Positions 1 to 13,352 of a DNA stretch of 64,000 nucleotides are shown one piece after another. The notes beneath the pieces are model-generated. The model had not been told where the DNA came from. It searched no databases and worked only from the letters and a program-made list of their open reading frames with translations. This DNA is from Squalus acanthias. Lineage: Eukaryota. Within the stretch, counting starts at the first letter, position 1. Each line of letters starts with the position of its first letter. The DNA is taken from contig CM059432.1 in NCBI GenBank assembly GCA_030390025.1, positions 53,012,001-53,076,000 on the forward strand, read 5' to 3'. The position numbers and the translations under genes were made by a program.

Positions 1-1563
1 GCATTTTCTAGTCAAGTGCCTTAATAGGAAGGTCACCAAACACTTTTATGGCAGAGTGGGTGCCGATTGTGAGATCTGTTGACTATGTTTTAGGAGAGTA
101 TCACCAGTTCTCTGTACAATTGTGCTGGCAGCGCTTTCCAGTATATAGTGTGTAGGGACCATCAACCAATTATGGCGCAATGGAGTGGGGGTGGTTGATC
201 GCGTTCTCGCTCGGTGAGGATTTGTTTGAGCCATTAAGGGTTTATTGGCTTCTTCTTGTGCACATTTGTCCTTTTCAGTTATGGCTTCTTCCTCTGTTTC
301 TGAACTTGTTCTTTGCAGCTACACTTCTGTAACATGCAGAGTCCATTGGAATCAGACAGGTTCTGCTCGCTTAAATGTGTTATGCATGCCTAGTATGGTG
401 ATCTTTTACTTAAAAGGTTTATAGTGAGATTTCTCCATATTCAGTGAGGGGCTGTCATGTAACGTTAGGTAATGCCCCATCCTAACCAATTTGTCACGTG
501 ACATTATGCTCACAGTGGCACCTACAGGTGCAATACCTCTGGAATCCTGAAACCACTCACTTTTAAAATATATAGATGAGAAACCTGGGTGACGTGTCAA
601 AGCTTATTGTGAAGGACACCAGAGGTTGAAAAGATTGATACTGTAGGAAAAAATCTGAGTAGATATTCCTTCTCTTGCAGGGAAAATAAAAGGGCTTGCA
701 CTTATCCTTTACAGCATCAACTCCCCACTCAAATTTGTAATAGTAAACTTCAAAAGTTGTTTCAGCTATTATATCCACACCAGAAAGTTAAACTATTTTC
801 AGAAGAATGTCTGCAACAGAGTCTTCTGGCTTACAAACCTTGGAGCATGTTAAGCACAACAGCCATAGTGGCAGTGTAGAAGGGTAAATCTGTCCACATT
901 ATGATAACCAATGAGACTCTATCCATGACTTAGCTGGTAAAGATAGAAAATACATGTTGAATTCCTGATCTGTGCTGAGTAAGCGCATCAGAGTGGCAGT
1001 ATTTGCACAAGAATTAGCCTCAGCTGCCTCGGACTAGATAGGAAAAGAATTGGCCAGGATTCCTACTTCCAACCATTATCCAGTAAATTCTATGGGAAAG
1101 CGGCATGTGTAATCAGCTGATTAGGACAGGACTGGGCTCGGTTGTAATACCATTTGTCTATACTCATACACGAAGAGCAGCCAGTTGGACAAAGTGCAGC
1201 AGGGTTCCAAACAATTGCAGTACTGTATACCAGCAAAAATTAATAAATGCAATGTCCTATATCACTTCATGAATATACATCATAATGAAAAGAATCTATG
1301 CTTATTTCGTAGAACGATTTAGGTATTCAGGCAAGTTTTACATTTTATTTCAATTTCACAACTAATAATTACACATTCTGTTGCATCCAAAAATCTCATT
1401 GCAAGATATCAGTTGCTTGCAGTTGACACAGTTTGTGTCATTTAGGCCAGTTACACAACACACCAGACTCAAGCTACATACAGCAAGTACAATACATATG
1501 ATTTTTGTTCAGACTCAGCCAAGCAACTAGATGAAGTATCCAATGTTATGTAAAATTTGGCCA

Positions 1564-1765
1564 TGATGCGGAGATGCCGGTGTTGGACTGGGGTAGACAA
1601 AAGTGAGAAGTCGCACAACACCAGGTTATAGTCCAACAGTTTTATTTGAAATCACAAGCTTTCGGAGCTGCTGCTCCTTCACCTGACGAAGGAGCAGCAG
1701 CTCCGAAAGCTTATGATTTCAAATAAAACTGTTGGACTATAACCTGGTGTTGTGCGACTTCTCAC
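1564..1765. mobile_element. Palindromic Penelope-like (pLTR-derived) element in SMCHD1 intron 2
   Basis: ~80-bp inverted arms. 18-bp TSD ttatgtaaaatttgRcca (1546-1563 / 1766-1783). Hammerhead core CTGACGA...GAAA. Same family as 33274-33722. Confidence 0.8.
1679..1716 (+). ncRNA. Minimal type I hammerhead ribozyme motif, with a helix I mismatch
   Basis: tcac-CTGACGA-a-ggagc-agca-gctcc-GAAA-gc-t-t-atga. The intact family version ends in gtga. Confidence 0.6.
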
Positions 1766-1828
1766 TTATGTAAAATTTGACCACTGCATCTCACCAAAAA
1801 GAACAATCTGAGTTTCAAGTAAGCTTAC

Positions 1829-1904
1829 CGAAGTTTTGATTTTTGATTTCTTTCCTATTTGTCGTCGTAATTACAAAGTTCTTTTCTGTAGTAATGTCAA
1901 AAGC
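1829..1904 (-). CDS. SMCHD1: SMCHD1 coding exon 2 (AFDITTEKNFVITTTNRKEIKNQNF), 76 bp. Not in the ORF track.
   Basis: Acceptor ttttgtttttcttcag and donor G|gtaagc. Phase-0 start joins exon 1 in frame. Peptide matches the SMCHD1 motif EKFVITTTSRKEI. Confidence 0.92.
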
Positions 1905-3189
1905 CTGAAGAAAAACAAAAGCAGTGTTAAGCACACGAAAAGTCAGTTTTGCTTGACCAGAGTCCTCTTCACTTCAAATGAAATACATCTTCCACACACC
2001 AAAGAAGTATAGCCTAATTTGACAGGCTCAGTGAAAACCATACATTGACCATGCACATGAAAAAGTCTTCATGATGCTGTATTTAGGCGATGCCCAGTAA
2101 GGTCTACCAATCCACACTGTATGATGCTCAGGATCTACACCACTGTACCAGTTCATTAACCCGAAATTTAAAAAAAACTAGTTAACACCAAGTCCCACCC
2201 TAAACTATGCCCTTGCAGGAACTGTGAGGAGAAATGGGTAGGATCGCGGCATATGGATAATGCCCATCATTCAAAGCATGAAGACCACCCTAGCAAATAA
2301 TTTATTTGTTTCATTTCAAATCCTGTGCACACCATTGCAGCACACCAATATAGTACAAACTCAAAGGGCGTGGGGGAAGAAGGGAAAGCACCATTGTAGA
2401 AGTGATACCACCAGCTGGTTCAGCCTAATATGCCAAAGGTCTTCTGATGTGCAACAATTAAACCCAAACAAATACTTTTAAGTAAAGGTTTGAGAATTGA
2501 CCCATATGATAACCTTACATATGCTATCAATGGGAATCAGACTGAGAAGTGCTCAGGAAGTAGCTATGAAATCAGCCTTATCCTGTCGCTGGTGGTAGTG
2601 TAGGATACATTCAACCAATTATTTGTCCACACAACAGCTAAGGGCCCTGTAAGCATCTACATAGTGGAAACAATGTTCCATTTCTGACTCAAAACAATTG
2701 GACAACAATTTCCAATTCAAACAAAAGCAGGACAGCTTAGGTAAAAACTTCGAAAATCATTTGGTCAGCCTTGCGACCAAACTTGGCTGATTTACAATTT
2801 AAGGACGGACAGTGCACTAACTCTGGAAGTCTAAACTAATGTGAAGTACAGTTCTTCATGCAAGAAACTCACACAAAGAAGAGTGGGTACATTAACTTAA
2901 GAATTAAAAGTCCGCTTTGGGAACCAGCAACAGCCTAACTGAGCACAATTTTCAAATAGTTTGTGTAAAATGGGATACTAATGATCTAAAGGCAAATCTG
3001 TGATTGAAGACAGAAATCTCCACAACATGACAGCTGATAGGTCCCCTCCAAATCCCAGAGGCAGGGCACTGAGGCCAATCGCTGCCTCATTCAGCTAACT
3101 GAGTCTGGATTTGGTGTCAAACTGCAGGAGACAATTACACAGTGAACCACCAGGCCACTTACACATTGTGCGGTTAATGGATCGCCCCT

Positions 3190-3325
3190 TGTACATCATT
3201 AACAAATTGCTGGAAAATACTTTGCTTCAAATTGTATCTCTTAATCTCTTGAACTTGCTGGCCAATTTGCACATTAATAACGGCGTGCGTCGTTAACAGT
3301 TGTTTTTATAGCAAGATCCAGCCCA
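3190..3325 (-). mobile_element. MITE/DNA-transposon end, same family as 25484-25870
   Basis: Reverse complement (gggctggatcttgct...gttaacgacgcacgcc...agcaagttcaagagattaagagat) aligns by eye with 25484 onward. Confidence 0.55.
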
Positions 3326-3404
3326 ATGTTTCCACTTGCGGGAGAGTCCAAAACTAGAAGTCATATTAGATAGTCACCAATAAATCCAATAAGGAACGGG
3401 AAAG

Positions 3405-6400
3405 GTTAATCCAGAGGCCTGGACTAATGATCCAGAGATGGGAGTTCAAATCCCACCACGGCAGCTGGGGAATTTAAATTCAGTTAATTAAATTAGTCTA
3501 GAATAAAGTGCTAGTATCAGTAATGGTGACCATGAAACTATCGGATTGTCGTAAAAACTCATCTGGTTCACTAATGTACTTTAGGGAAGGAAATCTGCCG
3601 TCCTTACCTGGTCTGGCCTATATGTGACTCCAGACCCACAGCAATGTGGTTGACTCTTAACTGCCCTCTGAAATGGTCTAGTAAGCCACTCAGTTGTAAA
3701 AAAAAGCGCTACGAAAAATAATAAAACCGGATGGACCACCCGTAGCGACCTCGGCACCGGCTACGGACACAACAGCACACCCAGCGCAGTCAACCCTGCA
3801 AAGTCCTCCTCACCAACATCTGGAGGCTTGTGCCAAAATTGAGAGAGCTGTCCCACAGACGAGTCAAGCAACAGCCTGACAATCATACTCACAGAATCAC
3901 ACCTTTCAGCCAATGTCCCAAACTCCTCCATCACCATCCCTGGGTATGTTCTGTCCCACCAGCAGGACAGACCCACCACGGGTGGTGGCACAGTGGTATA
4001 CAGTCAGGAAGGAGTGGCCCTGGGAGTCCTCAACATTGACTCTGGACCCCATGAAGTCTCATGGCTTCAGGTCAAGCATGGGCAAGGAAAACTCCTGTTG
4101 ATTACCACCTATCGCTCTCCCTAAGCTGATGAATCAGTACTCCTCCATGTTGAACATCACTTGGAAGCACTGAGAGTAGCAAGGGCACAGAATGCACTCT
4201 GGGTAGGGGACTTCAAAGTCCATCACCAAGAGTGGCTCGGTAGCACCACTACTGACCGAGTCCTGAAGGACATAGCTGCCAGTCTGGGCCTGTGACAGAT
4301 GGTGAGAGAACCAACACGAGGGAAAAACCTACTTGACCTCATCCTCACCAATCTACCTGTCATAGATGCATCTGTCCATTGCAGCATTGGTAGCAGTGAC
4401 CAATGCGAAGTCATTGTGGAGACGAAGTCCCGTCTTCACACGGAGGACACCCTCCATCGTGTTGTGTGGCACTACCACCGTGCTAAATGGGATAGATTCA
4501 GAACGATAGATTCATGAGGTGCTGTGGGCCAGCAGCAGCAGCAAAATTGTATTCCACCACAATCTGTAACCTCATGGCCCGGCATATACCTCATTCTACC
4601 ATTACCATCAAGGCAGCAGACCAGCCCTGGTTCAATAAGGAGTGTAGAAGAGCATGCCAGGAGCAGCACCAGGCATACCTAAAAATGTGGTGCCAACCTG
4701 GGGAAGCTGCAACACAGGACTACATGCATGCTAAAAAGCAGAAGCAGCATTCTATAGACAGAGCTAAGCGATCCCACAATCACCGGATCAGATCAAAGCT
4801 CTGCAGTCCTGCCACATCCAGTTGTGAATGGTGGTGGACCATTAAACAACTAACGGGGGGTGGAGGCTCCGTGAATATCCCCATCCTCAATGATGGTGGA
4901 GCCCAGCACGTGAGTGCAAAAGACAAAGCTAAAGATTTTGCAACCATCTTCAGTCAGAAGTGCCGAGTGGATGATCCATATCGACCTCCTCCTGAGGTCC
5001 CCACCACCACAGAAGCCAATCAATTCGATTCACTCCACGTGATATCAAGAAACTACAGCAAAGGCTGTGGGCCCCGACAACATCCCGGCTGTCATGCTGA
5101 AGACTTGCGCTCCAGAACTAGCCGCGCCTCTAGCCAAGCTGTTCCAGTACAGCTATAACACTGGCTTCTATCCGACAATGTGGAAAACTGCCCAGGTATG
5201 TCCTGTCCACAAAAAGCAGGACAAATCCAATCGGGACAATTACCACCCCATCAGTCTACTCTCAATCATCAGTAAAGTGATGGAAGGTGTCGCCGACAGT
5301 GCTATCAAGCAGTACTTACTCACCAACAACCTGCTCACTGATGCCCAGTTTGAATTCCGCCAAGACCACTCGGCTCCAGACCTCATTACAGCTTTGGTCC
5401 AAACATGGACAAAAGAGCCGAATTCCAGAGATGAGGGGAGAGTGACTGCCCTTGACATCAAGGCAGCATTTGACCGAGTGTGGCATCAAGGAGCCCTAGT
5501 AAAACTGAAGTCAATGGGAATCAGGGGGAAAACTTCCACTGGCTGGAGTCAAATCTAGCACAAAGGAAGATGGTTGTGGTGGTTGGAGGTCAATCATCAC
5601 AGCCCCAGGACATCACTGCAGGAGTTCCTCAGGGCAGTGTCCTAGACCCAACCATCTTCAGCTGCTTTATCAATGACCTTCCCTCCATCATAAGGTCAGA
5701 AGTGGGGATGTTCAGTGCCATTTGCAACTCCTCAGATAATGAAGCAGTCCATGCCCTCATGCAGCAAGATCTGGACGACATTCAGGCTTGGGCTGATAAG
5801 TGGCAGGTAACATTCGCGCCACACAAGTGTCAGGCAATTACCATCTCCAACAAGCGAGCGTCTAATCACTGCCCCATGACATTCAATGGCATCACCATCG
5901 CCAAATCCCCCACCATCAATATCCTGGGGGTCACCATTGACCAGAAACTTAACTGGTCCAGCCACATAAATACTGTGGCAACAAGAGCAGGTCAGAGGCT
6001 GGGTATTCTGCGGCGAGTGTCTCAACTCCTGACTCCCCAAAGCCTTTCCACCATCTACAAGGCACAAGTCCGGAGTATGGTGGAATACTCTCCATTTGCC
6101 TGGATGAGTGCAGCTCCAACAACACTCAAAAAGCTCGTCACTATCCAGGACAAAGCAGCCTGTTTGATTGGCACCCCATCTACCACCTTAAACATTCACT
6201 CCCTCCACCACCGGCGTACCGTGGCTGCAGTGTGTACCATCTACAAGATGCACTGCAGCAACTTGCCAAGGCTTCTTCGGCAGCACCTCCCAAACCCGCG
6301 ACCTCAACCACCTAGGAGGACAAGGGCAGCAGGCGCATGGGAACACCAAATCCTGCAAGTTACCCTCCAAGTTACACAACATCCTGACTTGGAAATATGT

Positions 6401-6594
6401 CGCTGTTCCTTTATCGTCGCTGGGTCAAAATTCTGGAACTCCTTCCCTAACAGGACTGCGGGAGTACCTTCACCACAAGGACTGCAGCGGTTCAAGAAGG
6501 CGGCTCACCACCACCTTCTCAAGGGCAATTAGGGATGGGCAATAAATGCTGGCCTTGCCAGCGATGCCCACATCCCAGGAATGAATAAAAAAAA
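3405..6594 (+). mobile_element. Near full-length CR1/L2-group LINE with frameshifted APE endonuclease + RT, a SINE-like 5' end and no ORF1. Antisense in SMCHD1 intron 1.
   Basis: EN motifs (QQPD..ILTES, EPTRGKNLLDLILTN, SSD). RT motifs ([28 protein letters not shown]). 3' tail with aataaa and poly-A. 3405-3696 matches the SINE at 14215. Confidence 0.9.
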
Positions 6595-6949
6595 TACCCA
6601 GTAGGAGCTTCAACCTAACTCAAAATACTGTTTCTACAAACAATCCAAGTTTGGAAGGAGAAAACGTATAATATAAACTGTTCCATGTTTTTCACAATTT
6701 AAATGAATGTGTATTTTACCATTATAAGAGTAACTGCAAAGGCACCTCCTGTCATGTGACTATGCAAATTCATTTATCGTACGCAAATTTCTTCCACCTC
6801 AGTTAATCTTCAATCAGATTGGTTCAGTATTCGCACTTCTCACCCTGTAGCTTCAAGCCCCAGTCAAAGGCTTAGCACATAATCTAGGTCACCAACAGCA
6901 ATTCTGAAGACACCTGTAACGTCGAGGGAAGGGACCTCAAACACGGGGG

Positions 6950-7870
6950 ATGAGGGAGGAACCTTAGACACGAGAGGGGAGGCAGTGACTCAAAGTCCCG
7001 CGCCACGCTGACACCTGCTGACAGTGTGAAACAGGTAAATGCGGACGGAAGCGATCGTGGACCCGGTTCTCCCGCCCCCCACCTTCTGAGACCCTGCTCA
7101 ATCCGCTCTCCTCCCCCTGGGCTGATGCTGGGGGGTAGGGGCGCGAATCGACGAGTGCAGGCCCGCAGTGCCGCCTGGACACTCGGGCTTCGTGCGGTCA
7201 CAAGGTGCTCGCGGAGCCCACCAGCCCCGCACCTCCATCTTAATGTTGCGAAATGTCGCCGGTCCCACCGCCCAACAGGAGCGGCGTTAACACAAGCTTC
7301 ATTGACATTGAAGCGAAAGCGGGGGAAACATCTCCGCCAAGCCTCTGATCGCCATCGGTAGAGGAGAAAGATCTCCGCCAGCCCCCGGGCGCAAGGCTCG
7401 GGCCGGACCCCAGCTGCCCAGGAGCGGTGAGGCTGGCGATGCCGGGGGCTGAGTGCGGAGGCCGCCGCCGGTTGTCCCCCTCGCCATCTCCTTACCCGAC
7501 ACACGGCGCTCCTGAACTCGGCGTACGTGCTCCCGGTGCCGAGGTCCAAACATTTCTCGGAAGAGTCTCCGAGGCGACGATCGAAGACGAAAACCATCTT
7601 CTTTCTCTTCTTGTCCTTCTCCGCGGTGCCGCCGGCCGTGGAGTCCGGAGTCACAGTGGGTGGCGGGCCCGGTGCCCACCGCTGCTCTGCCGCTCCGCAG
7701 CTTTCGGCCGTCGCCATTTTCATCGAGGTCCAGCTCGCAGCAGCAGCGGCGGGCTCGAAGGAGGCAGTGTGTCACTTCCGCCACCGGAACTGGGAACGCG
7801 CGCGGCTCTGCTCAGCAATGCTGCAGGGATGAGATGTCCGGTCACGTTGCTTGCCCCTATTCATTTAAAA
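6950..7870 (-). promoter_or_regulatory. CpG island / SMCHD1 promoter with ETS/GABP-like sites and a YY1-like site
   Basis: GC- and CpG-rich stretch around exon 1. CACTTCCG at ~7773 and CCGGAA at ~7784. CGCCATTTT at 7712-7720 overlaps the start codon. Confidence 0.75.
7496..7717 (-). CDS. SMCHD1: SMCHD1 coding exon 1 (MATAES...VFVFDRRLGDSSEKCLDLGTGSTYAEFRSAVCR). An in-frame upstream ATG lies at 7723.
   Basis: Translation resembles the SMCHD1 N-terminus as I recall it (human VYLFDRR...DYAGFRACVCQ). 74 codons ending in phase 0 at a CGG|gtaag donor (7495). Lies in a CpG island. Confidence 0.9.
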
Positions 7871-8215
7871 CATTGTAGACATTAAAATATACTGGCTCTT
7901 AGTCTGACATCTTAGCTGTATTCAAGGTCTCTCTTTCACGCAAAATAACCTAGCCAGTTCCGCACACGCATTGGCGCTCTGCCCAAGTGGCAGACACAGT
8001 ACCTCCCTTTGTCCCAGAGCTGGACAACAAATTCAGCAGGAGGGATCAGTCGGTACCAAATCATGTCAGTCACCAGCTGGTTTATGGCCAGCACTCGACC
8101 CCAGTGGAAAATAATTCAAAGCAATCCTGTCCAAGGTGAGCTGGGACATTTGTCTCCAGCTAGATTCTGTTTACTGGCAAGGCATCCTCTGTGGGGCTCA
8201 AGTCATGTCTCAGGT

Positions 8216-10118
8216 ACATAAGAAATAGGAGCAGGAATAGGCCACTTGGCCCCTCGAGCCTGCTCCGCCATTCAATAAGATCATGGCTGATCTTGGGCTC
8301 AAAGCCACTTCCCTGCCCGCTCCCCATAACCCTTCACTCCCTTATCTTGCAAAAATCTGTCTATCTCCACCTTAAATGTATTTAATGACCCAGCCTCCAC
8401 GGCTCTCTGGGGCAGAGAATTCCACAGATTTACGACCCTCTGAGAGAAGAAATTCCTCCTCATCTCAGTTCTAAAAGGGCGACCCTTTATTCTGAAACTA
8501 TGCCCCCGAGTTCTAGATTTCCCCACGAGGGGAAACATCCTCTCTGCAACTACCTTGTTGAGCCCCCTCAATATCTTATATGTTTGAATAAGATCACCTC
8601 TCATTCTTCTAAATTCCAATGAGTATAGGACCAAACTACTCAACCTTTCTTCATAAGTCAACCCCCTCATCTCTGGAATTAACCTAGTGAATCGTCTCTA
8701 AACTGCTTCCAATGCAAGTATATCCTTCCTTAAATAAGGAGACCAAAACTGTACGCAGTACTCAAGGTGTGGTCTCACCAATACTCTGTACAGTTGTAGC
8801 AGGACTTCCCTGCTTTTATACTCCAACCCCCTTGCAATAAAGGCCAACATTCCATTTGTCTTTTTGATTACTTGCTGTACCTGCATGCTAACTTTTTGTG
8901 TTTCATGCACAAGGACCCCCAGGTCCCTCTGAACTGTAGCATTTTGTAATCTCTCCCATTTAAATAATTTATTTATGCCAAAGTGTATAACCTCGCACTT
9001 TCCCACATTATACTCCATCTGTCAAATGTTTGCCCACTCACTTAGCCTGTCTATATCCCTTTGCAGATTCTTTGAGTCCTCTGCACAACTTGCTTTCCCA
9101 CCCATCTTTGTATCATCTGCAAACTTGGCTACATTACACTCGGTCTCTTCATCCAAGTCATTAATGTAGATTGTAAATAGTTGAGGCCCCAGCACCGATC
9201 CCTGTGGCACCCCACTAGTTACCGTTTGCCAACCGGAAAATGACCCATTTATCCCAACTCTCTGCTTTCTGTTAGTTAGCCAATTCTCTACCCATGCTAA
9301 TATATTACCCCCAACTCCGTGAGCTCTTATCTTATGCAGTAACCTTTTATGTGGCACCTTATCGAATGCCTTCTGGAAATCCAAATACACCACATTGACT
9401 GGCTCACCTTTATCCACCCTGCTCGTTACATCCTTAAAGAACTCCAGCAAATTTGTTAAACATGATTTCCCTTTCATAAAACCATGCTGACTCTGCTTGA
9501 TTGCATTATGATTTTCCAAATGCCCTGCTACTGCTTCCTTAATGAAGGACTCCAGCATTTTCCCAATGACAGATGTTAGGCTAACTGGTCTCTAGTTTCC
9601 TGCTTTCTGTCTCCCTCCTTTCTTAAAAAGGGGTGTTACATTTGCGGTTTTCCAATCCGCTGGGACCTCTCCAGAGTCGAGGGAATTTTGGTATATTGCA
9701 ACCAATGCATCCACTATCTCTGCAGCCACTTCTTTTAAGACCCTGGGGTGCAGGCCATCTGGTCCAGGGGAGTTGTTGTCTTTTAGTCCCATTATTTTAC
9801 CAAGTACTTTTTCCTCAGTGATAGTGATTGTCTTTAGTTCCCCCCTCCCTGTGGCCCCTTGATTATACATTTATTGGGATGTTGTTAGTGTCTTCTACCG
9901 TGAAGACAGATACAAAATATTTGTTCAGAGTCTCTGCCATTTCCCCGTTCCCCATTATTAATTCCCCAGTCTCATCCTCTAAGGGACCAACGTTTACTTT
10001 AGCTACTCTCTTCCTTTTTATATACCTGTAGAAACTCTTACTATCTGTTTTAATATTTCTTGCCAGTTTACTCTCATAATTCATCTTCTCTCTCTTTATT
10101 ATTTTTTTAGTCATCCTT
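8216..10118 (-). mobile_element. CR1 LINE, 5'-truncated ORF2 (RT) and 3' UTR
   Basis: [45 protein letters not shown]1 tail at ~8216. Confidence 0.95.
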
Positions 10119-10424
10119 ACAACAGATGGGTGGTTCTCCAGTTGAAATCATGGAGCTCCTCTGGTAGAGGCTCTGTCACTGGCCTACTTAAAGTCCGAGC
10201 ACTTATCCCAGTAGATTCTTTTGAAGAACATGGCACAGTACACTTGCTGGCATTTTTTCATCCTCGATAAGTCAGCCCCTTAACATGAGGGGCACGTCAT
10301 CAGAAAATACCAAAAGATGGTCTCCACGCCCAATCCACACAGAGACAGTCCCAACAGCCTCTTGTGCAGTGGTAGAATCAGGATCAAGAAATGTTAACTG
10401 TGCTTCATTTTAGCTTCCTTGCCA

Positions 10425-10820
10425 TCTTAAACATTCACTCCCTCCACCACTGCCGCACCGTGGCTGCAGTATGTACCATCTACAAGATGCACTGCAGCAA
10501 CTCGCCAAGGCTTCTTCAACAGCACCTCGCAAACCCGTGACCTCTACCACCTAGAAAGACAAGAACAGCAGGCGCATGGGAACACCATCACCTCCAAGTT
10601 ACCCTCCAAGTCACACACCTTCCTGACTTGGAAATATATTGTGTTCCTTCATCGTCGCTGGGTCAAAATGCTGGAACTCCCTCCCTAACAGCACTATGGG
10701 AGTACCTTCACCACACGGACTGCAGTGGTTCAAGAAGGCGGCTCACCAGCACCTTCTCAAGGGCAATTAGGGATGGGCAATAAATGCTGGCCTTGCTAGC
10801 GATGCCCACATCCCAGTAAC
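10425..10820 (+). mobile_element. 3' fragment of the 3405-6594 LINE family
   Basis: Closely matches 6188-6580. Confidence 0.9.
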
Positions 10821-11517
10821 AAATAATAATTTTAAAAATCCCCATTGTACACATTTTTTTCAGAAAATAATGGTGAGATTGAGCATGGTCATTTTGATAT
10901 AAGTTAAGACATTTAAGAAAAATGTTCAAAGGTTGTGACCATTATATGGTACCCCATGTAGATATATTCCTTATGACTGAAAACAGATAAGTTTAAACCC
11001 TTGTGGATCATTTCTGCCACTGATGTATTTTCATTTAAAATTCAGCTTCACCACTCCTCAGTGATTTAAGGGAGCAACAAGCACTACCGAGCCCAATTTC
11101 GCCCCACAGTGTTGCTCTGAGGAGATGCTGTTCATCAAGAGCAGTATCTTTATTACTTCCATCAAAATACACAGCGAACAAAACTGTTCACTTTGGCAAT
11201 GACTGCAAGCATATTCAGCTTACTTTTCCTTCATGACAAATGAAGAATCTCAAAGATTGCTTGTTTGAATAAATCTTTACAATTGCAAAGTAATACCAGA
11301 AATGAATTCAAATATAATTTTTTATATAAACCACACAAGCAGAAAATACAGACAACTTTTTAAACTTAATGTAGTCAATTGTTGTACCTGAATTCAAAAC
11401 TCAGAGGTTATACACATAAGAAGCATTTAAAAAAAAGTTTTAACAAAAAAGGGCCATCACAATAAAAATTGTTAAGTATACAAAAATATGAAGCTATACA
11501 AGGAGTCGTGTATATCA

Positions 11518-13352
11518 TCTATAGGTATGTGAAAAGGAAAAGACTGGCGAAGGTAAATGTAGGTCCTTTACAGTCAGAGACGGGAGAATTTATAATGTGG
11601 AATGAGGAAATGGCAGAGAAATTAAATAAATACTTTGTTTCTGTCTTCACGGAGGAAGACACAAAAAACCTCCCAGAAATACGAGAAAACCAAGGGTGTG
11701 GTGAGAATGAGGAACTTAAAGAAATTATTATTAGTAAAAAAACAGTACTAGCAAAATTAATGGGACTAAAAGTCGATAAAGGACCGGATGACCTACATCC
11801 TAGGGTTTTGAAAGAGGTGGCCATTGGGATAGTGGACGCATTGGTTGTCATCTTCCAAAATTCTATAGATTCTGGAACAGTTCCTGCAGATTGGAGGATA
11901 GCAAATGTAACCCCGCTATTTAAGAAAGGAGGGAGAGAGAAAACGGGGAACTACAGACCTGTTAGCCTCACATCGTAGTTGGGAAAATGCTGGAATCTAT
12001 TATAAAGGAGGCAATAACTGGGCAGTTAGAAACTAATAGTAAGATTGGACAGAGTCAACATGGATTTATGAAAGGGAAGTCCTGTTTGACAAACCTATTG
12101 GAGTTCTTTGAGGATGTAACGAGTGGAGTAGACAAAGGGGAACCGGTAGATGTGGTGTATTTGGATTTTCAGAAGGCCTTCGATAAGGTCCCACACAAGA
12201 GGTTGGTGAACAAAATTAGGGCACATGGAATTGGGGGTAATATACTAGCATGGATTGAGAATTGGTTAACAGACAGAAAACAAAGAGTAGGGATAAATGG
12301 GTTTTTTTCAGGATGGCAGGCTGTGACTAGTGGGGTACCACAAAGATCGGTGCTTGGGCCCCAGCTATTCACAATCTATATCAATGATTTGGATGAGGGA
12401 ACTAAATGTAACATTTTCAAATTTGCTGATGACACAAAGCTAGGTGGCAGTGTCAGTTGCGAAGAGGATGTGAAGAGGCTTCAAGGGGATCTTGACAGGC
12501 TCAGTGAGTGGGCGAGAACGTGGCAGATGGATTATAATGTGGATAATTGTGAAGTTATCCACTTTGGTAGAAAAAACAGAAAGGCAGAGTATTTCCTAAA
12601 TGGTGAAAGATTGGGGAATGCAGATGCTCAAAAGGATCTGGGTGTCCTTGTACATGAGTCACTGAAAGTGAATGTGCAGGTACAGCAAGCCATTAGGAAG
12701 GCAAATGGTATGCTGGCCTTCATTACAAGAGGATTTGAGTACAGGAGTAAAGAAGTCTTACTCCAATTATATAGGGCCTTGGTGAGACCACACCTGGAGT
12801 ACTGTGTACAATTTTGGTCTCCTTACCTAAGGAAGGATATACTTGCCATAGAGGGAGTGCAACGAAGGTTCACGAGATTGATTCCTGGGATGGCGGGACT
12901 GTCATATGAGAAGAGATTCTGTAAACTAGGCCTGTATTCTCTTGAATTCAGAAGAATGAGAGGGGATCCCATTGAAGCATACAAAATTATTATAGGGCTT
13001 GATAGGGTGGATGCTGGGAGAATGTTTCCCTTGGCTGGGGAGACTAGAACCGGGGGCCAAAGCCTCAGGATAAAGGGTAGGCCATTCAGGACTGAGATGA
13101 GAAGAAATTTCTTCACACGCAGGGTGGTGAATCTTTGGAATTCTCTACCCCAGAGGGCTGTGGAGGCTCAGTCATTGGGTATATTCAAAACAGAAGTCGA
13201 TAGATTTTTGACTAGTAAGGGCATCAAGAGAATATGGCGATAAGGCCGGTGAATGGAATTGAGGCAGAAGATCAGCCATGATCTCATTGAATGGCGGAGC
13301 AGGCTCGAAGGGCCGAATGGCATACTCCTGCTCCTATTTCTTATGTTCTTAT
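11518..13352 (+). mobile_element. CR1 LINE, 5'-truncated ORF2 with a 418-aa open RT stretch
   Basis: RT motifs in ORF 11987-13243. Tail ttatgttcttat. Confidence 0.95.

Noticed and set aside
1..800. Minus-strand ORFs, including GATVSIMS (retroviral protease-like), or SMCHD1 exon 3
   Set aside because: The catalytic Asp motif is missing and no RT or integrase motifs are nearby. No match to the expected exon 3 peptide (LPHYDTLVKSG).
6884..7495. 279-aa ORF 6884-7723 as a full protein
   Set aside because: Only the first ~76 codons are exon 1. The rest is read-through into GC-rich intron 1 past a strong donor. Overlapping ORFs here are CpG-island artefacts.
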